This document shows, piece by piece, positions 58,233 through 64,000 of a stretch of DNA of 64,000 bases; position 1 is the first letter of the stretch; every line of letters starts with the position of its first letter. The stretch comes from Ruminococcus sp. (GTDB taxonomy: Bacteria > Bacillota > Clostridia > Oscillospirales > Ruminococcaceae). A program made the translations under genes and the position numbers. Where the stretch lies: the NCBI GenBank assembly GCA_015066665.1, contig SVNX01000003.1, forward strand, positions 39,074 to 103,073. Direction: 5' to 3'. The notes under the pieces were generated by a model. It ran no database searches. It was not told where the DNA came from and was given only the letters and a program-made list of their open reading frames with translations.

Positions 58233-58322
58233 TATCGCGCTCAAAGTTTCTGTATCTGATTTGTGCGCACCATACAGTAACCGACGGCATCACTATAATC
58301 GTTTTGTTGTCGGGTTTATATC

Positions 58323-58712
58323 TTAACCCGCATAGGGGTTCGGCTTCTCATCAAAGAACGAAGTCTGACCGTCGGCATCATCGTCCGACTTGTTGTTGGC
58401 ATTAGCAGAGTTATCGTCAGCCAGCTCGACGATCTGCTCATAGGTCATACCGCTTGTGGTCAGCTTTTCAATCAAACCGTGTTCGGCAGTCACGGCATCG
58501 AGAAGTTTCTGCCCCTCAGCACCGCCGTAAAGCTTCGAGAGCTTATCGTAGGTGTAGAGCTTGCTATCAATGATGACCTTGCGCCTGCGCTCTTGCACAG
58601 CCTTGATAGCCTTTTCATAGCTGTCGAGCTTTGCCTGATTCTCGGCAAGCACGGCATCCGTAATGATAACGGCAGACTCGTCAGCAATCTCAGCTTTTGC
58701 TTTCTTACTCAT
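58323..58712 (-). CDS. Hypothetical element-encoded protein with an acidic C-terminal tail
   Basis: 129-aa ORF with coding-like composition. No motif recognised. Confidence 0.5.
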   Translation of the reverse strand: MSKKAKAEIADESAVIITDAVLAENQAKLDSYEKAIKAVQERRRKVIIDSKLYTYDKLSKLYGGAEGQKLLDAVTAEHGLIEKLTTSGMTYEQIVELADDNSANANNKSDDDADGQTSFFDEKPNPYAG

Positions 58713-58761
58713 TCACATCACCTCACTTCATCTGATATTGCAGGATACTCACATACCCCAC

Positions 58762-58802
58762 GATAATATTATAGCGCGCAATAAAGCCGTTTGTCTACTG
58801 GT
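58762..58802 (-). promoter_or_regulatory. Candidate promoter (TAGACA-18-TATAAT), second copy of the repeat
   Basis: Minus-strand reading is gtagacaaacggctttattgcgcgctataat. Lies upstream of the ORF at 58323..58712. Confidence 0.45.
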
Positions 58803-59448
58803 ATTGCGCTCAAACTTTCTGTTTCATTAGAGTTTTGCGTTCGACAGAATGTTATGGGGAATTTCAAAAAGCTCCAGTGTGTTCGGCTTCACTTTTACCA
58901 CTAATGATACAGAGAAACTATGACCTTCTACATATCAATACCAAATTATTCTGCCATTCCTTAAGTACCGTCGAGATATTCTCCGTTATGCACAAACAGG
59001 CTATCACAAATTCAGAAAAAGTTTTCGCAGAATATGCTTAACGAAGCTATGATTATTTTGGTAATAACTATTGAGGGCGATTTTCACCAGATTGCCGCTC
59101 TCATTGCGCTAAAACTGCGCCGTACCAGTTTACAATTTTAGAGATGATGATACTAAGAGCATCACGCAGGAGCGTGAGCGAGATACCGCCGACCGAAGCG
59201 GCGGTGAGAGATGTCGCATTCGCTCCACGAATTCGCTGACGGAGCATCGAAAGCCTGAGCAGAGAGATAAGCTCAGGCGAAAAAAATATGCGCCATAGCG
59301 CAACAAAAATAACAAGCATTGTATTTTGCGCCGCACAGCGAGCGAAAATACCAAATGCTTGTTGGGGACACCCCAAGCCCCGAAATGACCGCACAGCGGT
59401 CAGAAAAAAATCGGCTTACGCCGAAATAGAAATAAAGGAGACACCACT

Positions 59449-60120
59449 ATGGAAACCGAGAAAAAGAAGCGTGGTAGACCGCCCAAGCGCAAGGCTATGG
59501 GGTTCGAGGGTATGACCTACGAGGGAGCAATCAACCACGCACTTGACCAAGAGGTCAAAGCCGACCTTGACAAGAGCCTTGCCGACAAGGACGAGAGCCA
59601 GCTTACGGACGATGAACGCAAGTACCTGAAACGCAAGAGGGAGAAGAAGTCTTACACCCTTAACGTGAGGTTCACCGAATCGGAAATGCAGGACATCTTA
59701 GCGAGGTGTGAGCAGTACGGGTACAAGAACAAAACGGAGTATATCCGTGATTGCGTTCGGGCGAGGGTTGATCTCACTCCCGACCGCACCGAGATTGCCG
59801 AATGCAATCGTCTGATGAAACGCATCGGAGCAAACGTCAATCAGATACTTGTCCGACTTTACAGCACAGGTCACATCTATGCCGAGGATATTACCGAGAT
59901 AAAGAGAGGGGTTAATGAAATTTGGCATACACTTCTATCCATACGATCAGGGCAACAGTCAGCGCAGCGATTGCTTACATCACAAACGGAGATAAGACCG
60001 TCAACGGTATATATGTCAACTCTTATGCTTGCCGAGCCGACAGCGCAGGAGCAAGCGAGGACTTCCGCACCGTCCGAGGAACAGGCACAGGGCGAACCCA
60101 AATCCTTGCATACCACATGA
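59449..60120 (+). CDS. mobC: MobC-family relaxosome accessory protein (ribbon-helix-helix); 3' extent uncertain
   Basis: YTLNVRFTESEMQDILARCEQYGYKNKTEYIRDCV and IGANVNQILVRLYSTG motifs. The ORF runs 199 nt into the relaxase gene. Confidence 0.7.
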   Translation: METEKKKRGRPPKRKAMGFEGMTYEGAINHALDQEVKADLDKSLADKDESQLTDDERKYLKRKREKKSYTLNVRFTESEMQDILARCEQYGYKNKTEYIRDCVRARVDLTPDRTEIAECNRLMKRIGANVNQILVRLYSTGHIYAEDITEIKRGVNEIWHTLLSIRSGQQSAQRLLTSQTEIRPSTVYMSTLMLAEPTAQEQARTSAPSEEQAQGEPKSLHTT

Positions 60121-61403
60121 TTCAGAGCTTTGCCTCTGGCGAAGTCACACCAGAACAAGCTATGCAGATCGGAGAGGAGTTGTGCAACCGTTATCTCAAG
60201 GGCGATTATCAGTATGTGATAGCCGTCCACCATGATAAGTCGCACCTGCACTGTCATGTGATTTTCAATAACACCAATCTGTATAACGGACTGAGCTTCA
60301 CCACTGAGCATAATCAGGGCAGAAAGTCTGAAAGAGCGTGGGCAGAGCTGCGTGAGATTTCGGACGAGATATGTGCCGAACACGGCATATCTGTTATTGA
60401 GCCGATTGGTAAGGGTGTATCTCATTACGAGAACAAAATGAAGAAAGAGGGTAAGTCATGGAAGGACAAGCTCCGCAGTATGCTCAGGGAGATTATTTCT
60501 TACAGCAGGAGCTTTGAGGAATTTATTAAAAACTGCACAGACAGCGGAATTGAGTATGTGTATACTCCGCAGAACAAAGTTAAGCTGAAATTCAAGTTAT
60601 CAGGAGAGAGACAGCAGAGATTTACAAGAGCCGACACGCTGGGCGAGGAATTTGAGCCGAGTGCTATCACCGAAACGATTGAAACCGCACAGAAGAAAGC
60701 TGCCGCCGAAGAAGCAATGGAAAAATTCCTTGTTGCCCGTCGTGCAAGACAGCAGGCAGAGCTTGCCCTGCTTAACCGAGCTTCTGCCAAGCCAGCCGAG
60801 CCGACACCAACTCCTACCACACCGACCAAGCCGACCATTGCAGAGCCGACCGAGAGCAAGCCACCTGAAAAGAAAGAAGATCCGTGGGTAGAGATCAGAG
60901 GTATGCGTGACAGCGATAAGATGATCGCCGACCTTGAAGCTGGCGGTATCACATCGCTTGACGATCTCAGTGGCTTCTTCTGGAATTTCAAGCACCCTGA
61001 TGACCACACGGACGAGCTTGCCGAGCTGAGAGCAAAGATTGAGCCGATAGACAAGTTCATTGCGATGATGGAACAGCATTCTCAGAACTATGCTATATAC
61101 AAGGAGTATCAGGAACGGTCAGCGTTTACGCAAAAGAGTTTCCGCAAGAAGAATTCTGCCGCTATCGACGCTTTTGAAGAAGCCGACAAGTATATTGCCG
61201 AGCATATCAAGGCTTACTACATCAAAGGAAAACCGCCTAAGCAGAGCGATTTGCAGGCGAAGTCCACCAAACTGAAAGAGAAATACAATGCGCTGGTGCC
61301 TGAGCATAATGCCTTTGTCACTAAGCGTGACACGGCACACAAGTACACCCGACAGGTGCGTAACTATCTCCAAAACAAGGAACAGCAGGAGCGTAACAGG
61401 TAG
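59922..61403 (+). CDS. Relaxase/mobilization nuclease (MobA/VirD2 family)
   Basis: N-terminal (M)AYTSIHTIRATVSAAIAYITNGDKT, ILAYHMIQSF and the histidine triad HHDKSHLHCHVIFN. Apparent TTG start. Confidence 0.85.
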   Translation: MAYTSIHTIRATVSAAIAYITNGDKTVNGIYVNSYACRADSAGASEDFRTVRGTGTGRTQILAYHMIQSFASGEVTPEQAMQIGEELCNRYLKGDYQYVIAVHHDKSHLHCHVIFNNTNLYNGLSFTTEHNQGRKSERAWAELREISDEICAEHGISVIEPIGKGVSHYENKMKKEGKSWKDKLRSMLREIISYSRSFEEFIKNCTDSGIEYVYTPQNKVKLKFKLSGERQQRFTRADTLGEEFEPSAITETIETAQKKAAAEEAMEKFLVARRARQQAELALLNRASAKPAEPTPTPTTPTKPTIAEPTESKPPEKKEDPWVEIRGMRDSDKMIADLEAGGITSLDDLSGFFWNFKHPDDHTDELAELRAKIEPIDKFIAMMEQHSQNYAIYKEYQERSAFTQKSFRKKNSAAIDAFEEADKYIAEHIKAYYIKGKPPKQSDLQAKSTKLKEKYNALVPEHNAFVTKRDTAHKYTRQVRNYLQNKEQQERNR

Positions 61404-61540
61404 TACAAAGAGAAAAAACGCACACAGCAGAGAAAGAAAGACACACTTGAATGATAACAGGCTCTCTGCCGAACGGAATAGTCCCTTTGAGCCGTCTGTG
61501 ACGGTTATGGGAGAAAGTTGTACCCCTGAAATTGCAAACG

Positions 61541-61568
61541 CTCTCTGAGCGTTCAGAGAGCGTTATTC
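61541..61568. terminator. Bidirectional hairpin between the relaxase and hsdS genes
   Basis: aacgctctctga-gcgt-tcagagagcgtt. Confidence 0.6.
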
Positions 61569-61587
61569 GAGTGATCTATTCACCGGC

Positions 61588-63033
61588 TTATTCAGCGTTT
61601 ATTACATCTAATATCACTTGATTTATATCTTGTCGTAATTTTGAGACTTGTAATGATATTTCATCTTGAGAGGATATTTTGCTTTGAATTTCACTTACTA
61701 TCGTTTTCTGCATATCAATACTGATGTTGGGAACAATGAAATTACGCACGTTATCTGGCGATATGTGTATTTGATTGGTTGTGCCTGTATATTCTCTCTC
61801 AAATTGTGCAGTACCAAATACACTTCTAAGATAATAAAGAAGAAAATAGGGATCATATTTTTCTTTATCCACTCTCACAATCATTGTTTCCGTTGCTGCG
61901 AAGAATCTATCGTTTGAATCGCATATATCAACTTTCCCTAAAGAACATTTACCGATATTGCAAATCAAAATATCCCCGGGTAATATTTGAGCATCGGGAG
62001 TATCATCATATTGACTTTTTGTCACATATTCAACCTCATTTAAGGAAATACCATTATTGCTAATATTTGTAGTCTTAATTACAGCAATTTCTTCTTCTGG
62101 TGAATAAATTGGCTTTTTCCCATTATGTATATCAGTGGTAATCTCGTCAATTGTCAAAACACCATTATCTTTGAGAATATTTAATATATTATCAATGATA
62201 GGGGTGTGGCTTCTTGCAGAGAATCGTAATCCAAAGTAATTGGGAAACGTGGTGATGGACGTTGTGAAAGTAGAAGCCCGTGTATTAGTTGATGATTGAG
62301 TACCAAACGTCATACCTTTATGCAGCTTGTTTCGCAAGTCGGGATCAAGTGAAAAGTGACGGTTGAATACCTCATCTACGATGATTTGAGTATCAACTTT
62401 TTGAGAATTAAGTGTTATAATTTCAGCTATGATAGCCTTGATTTTCTCGTTTGCTGTTTCAATCAAGTCTTTTTTTAATACAGGCACACATATTTTAAGG
62501 AATTCCGACGGATTAACTCTCTTATGAGATGGTGTTTTACCTGTTTCTAAGCACCTATAAGCATTACGCATTTGTGGCATAAGCAGCAAATAGAGATAAA
62601 ATAGTCCGTTGGATTTATCTTTTAATTTATAAGGTATAAATTCAGAAGAACCTATCAAATCTGATTTAGTTTCAGGCTTTAAGTAAATATAACCTCTTGT
62701 CATACCAAGTTTAGATACAAGAATATCGCAATCTGATAGAATAGTTTTGTCTGAATTCAGCGAATCAGCAATGGTGACATTATTCTCATCGACTATTCCG
62801 TCGCCTGGTACCTGATCTGAAATATTGATTAAATAGTAATCATCATTAAGCACGCCCTTGCTTACTTTTCTAATTTGGATAGGTGTGAGCAAATCAGATA
62901 ATGCTTGTATTTCCCCTTCATATTGGAAAGCATTCCAAAATTCTTGCGAGACAAAGATACCATACTTTGCATCACATCTACACTGACCGCTTATACTGAA
63001 AGACGAGCTTTTTATAGTAGCTTGCTTTATCAT
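61588..63033 (-). CDS. hsdS: Restriction-modification specificity subunit (HsdS-like, two target-recognition halves)
   Basis: Low-GC ORF 10 nt downstream of the methylase gene. Two similar halves, each ending in a helical spacer (..KDLIETANEKIKAIIAEI.. and ..MQKTIVSEIQSKISSQDEI..). Confidence 0.55.
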   Translation of the reverse strand: MIKQATIKSSSFSISGQCRCDAKYGIFVSQEFWNAFQYEGEIQALSDLLTPIQIRKVSKGVLNDDYYLINISDQVPGDGIVDENNVTIADSLNSDKTILSDCDILVSKLGMTRGYIYLKPETKSDLIGSSEFIPYKLKDKSNGLFYLYLLLMPQMRNAYRCLETGKTPSHKRVNPSEFLKICVPVLKKDLIETANEKIKAIIAEIITLNSQKVDTQIIVDEVFNRHFSLDPDLRNKLHKGMTFGTQSSTNTRASTFTTSITTFPNYFGLRFSARSHTPIIDNILNILKDNGVLTIDEITTDIHNGKKPIYSPEEEIAVIKTTNISNNGISLNEVEYVTKSQYDDTPDAQILPGDILICNIGKCSLGKVDICDSNDRFFAATETMIVRVDKEKYDPYFLLYYLRSVFGTAQFEREYTGTTNQIHISPDNVRNFIVPNISIDMQKTIVSEIQSKISSQDEISLQVSKLRQDINQVILDVINAE

Positions 63034-63043
63034 TTACTCACCT

Positions 63044-64000
63044 TCAATCCCATTCGATTTTTCTCATTTCATCAAGAACGGTTTCTATCACATTATCATC
63101 AACAACAGGTTCATTGTTATTAACCGAGCGATAAAGCTCGTTAATGGTTTCTTTCTCGGAACGAGTTGTTCTCTTATAGCCAATGCTGTCAACCTCAGCC
63201 ATAAAAATATCGTAAGAAAGCTGCTTTGCCACCTCGGAGAACACCCACCAAACATTTACATAGCCGAAATAATCCTGCAAATCCTTATCAATTTTTGTGA
63301 TAAGCGCAAGTTCCGAGCGATATTTGGTTACGAGCTCAACTGCACTCTTATCCTTATCAGCAGGAGAAAGATATGATTGAAGCATTGTCATTATAACATC
63401 TGCTTCTTCTTTTTCTGTCAGATTTTTTATAGACGGAAGTTTCGCCTTTGCTTTCTTGCCATCAACCACATCGATAATGTTTTCTGCTCTTGTTTTAAGC
63501 TGTGAATACCGTTTTGAAACATCTGCCCATATCTTATTCCATTGTTCAATTTCTGCTTGTGTTTTCTTTTGAGCAAATAATATGCTTGTCTTAGTAGAAG
63601 TAAATGGTTCAAAAGCAAGCTGTGGCAACGAGACAACAGCCTTCACCTTGAAATACTTGTATATAAATAGTCTGATATACTTATTTTCAGATGTGTCGAA
63701 CACGCTCTCAGGGAGTACTGCTGCAAGTCTTCCGTTTTCACGAAGCAACTGATACCATCTTTCGATAAATAGGTTTTCAGAGTTTTTCTTATCACCAAAC
63801 AAGAATCCCTTTTTCAAGGATTTTTTTGTATCGTTGTCAAGCTCAACGCTAAAAGGCGGATTTGTTAAAATTAAATCAAAATTGCCGTTTACAGCTTTAT
63901 CCTGGTACAAGGCGTCTTCGCTACTATCATGAAGTACGTTGGGAGATGACTCTTTAATGTACTGAGAGAAAGGGAGCAACCCGTCTTTTACAAATATATT
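63044..64000 (-). CDS. hsdM: N6-adenine DNA methyltransferase (HsdM-like); 5' end beyond the window
   Basis: Motif IV LTNPPFS. The ORF stays open to the window end. Confidence 0.7.
   Translation of the reverse strand, partial: NIFVKDGLLPFSQYIKESSPNVLHDSSEDALYQDKAVNGNFDLILTNPPFSVELDNDTKKSLKKGFLFGDKKNSENLFIERWYQLLRENGRLAAVLPESVFDTSENKYIRLFIYKYFKVKAVVSLPQLAFEPFTSTKTSILFAQKKTQAEIEQWNKIWADVSKRYSQLKTRAENIIDVVDGKKAKAKLPSIKNLTEKEEADVIMTMLQSYLSPADKDKSAVELVTKYRSELALITKIDKDLQDYFGYVNVWWVFSEVAKQLSYDIFMAEVDSIGYKRTTRSEKETINELYRSVNNNEPVVDDNVIETVLDEMRKIEWD

Noticed and set aside
59041-59448. Small ORFs at 59101-59394 and several hairpins upstream of mobC, considered as genes or as oriT
   Set aside because: The ORFs lack RBSs and have biased composition. 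The region is a plausible oriT location, with hairpins at about 59183-59205, 59253-59278 and 59386-59400. I cannot identify a nick-site consensus by eye, so no feature is called.

Overview
This is a 64-kb window from a roughly 55-60% GC Firmicutes/Clostridia-type chromosome. That placement is inferred from a FabK-type FASII cluster, Gram-positive type IV pilins, an MBOAT/DHHW pair and GGAGG ribosome-binding sites.

Gene content, left to right:
- 1-4.4 kb: a type IV pilus region with a partial pilT and two divergent pilin genes. The pilins share ~224-bp inverted 5' ends that bracket a tyrosine recombinase gene and a consensus promoter, which makes this a candidate invertible pilin switch.
- 4.5-7.6 kb: an SPFH/zinc-ribbon (YdjI/YdjG-like) membrane module.
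- 7.6-10.5 kb: a C39-like peptidase, then an SdpR/SdpI-like pair and a YhfC-type membrane protease.
- 10.6-14.7 kb: polA-rimI-tsaD.
- 14.9-24.3 kb, minus strand: an acyl-CoA synthetase and the fatty-acid synthesis cluster fabH-acpP-fabK-fabD-fabG-fabF-fabZ-accD-accA.
- 24.5-30.7 kb: an ECF sigma/anti-sigma pair and envelope genes.
- 30.8-52.7 kb: the most unusual part, a tightly packed co-directional 11-gene, ~22-kb cluster that I cannot assign to any described system.
- 52.9-56.2 kb: a lipoprotein/MBOAT/DHHW acylation module.
- 56.2-64 kb: the left end of an integrated mobilizable element carrying a large serine recombinase, TnpW-like protein, MobC, relaxase and a low-GC HsdS/HsdM cargo.

The 30.8-52.7 kb cluster encodes:
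- a protein with tubulin/FtsZ-like glycine-rich motifs;
- a 1907-aa giant protein whose C-terminal third carries all five actin/Hsp70 (ASKHA) ATPase motifs;
- a protein that shares a module with the giant;
- a protein with 8-9 near-identical 41-aa FG-motif/PEPK-spacer repeats;
- two paralogous TM-coiled-coil proteins and one soluble coiled-coil repeat protein;
- three tandem kinase-like paralogs that lack the catalytic HRD/DFG residues, one of them fused to an extracellular C-type lectin domain;
- a membrane-anchored DUF5050-like beta-propeller.

All functional calls come from motif reading by eye. No database search was run.
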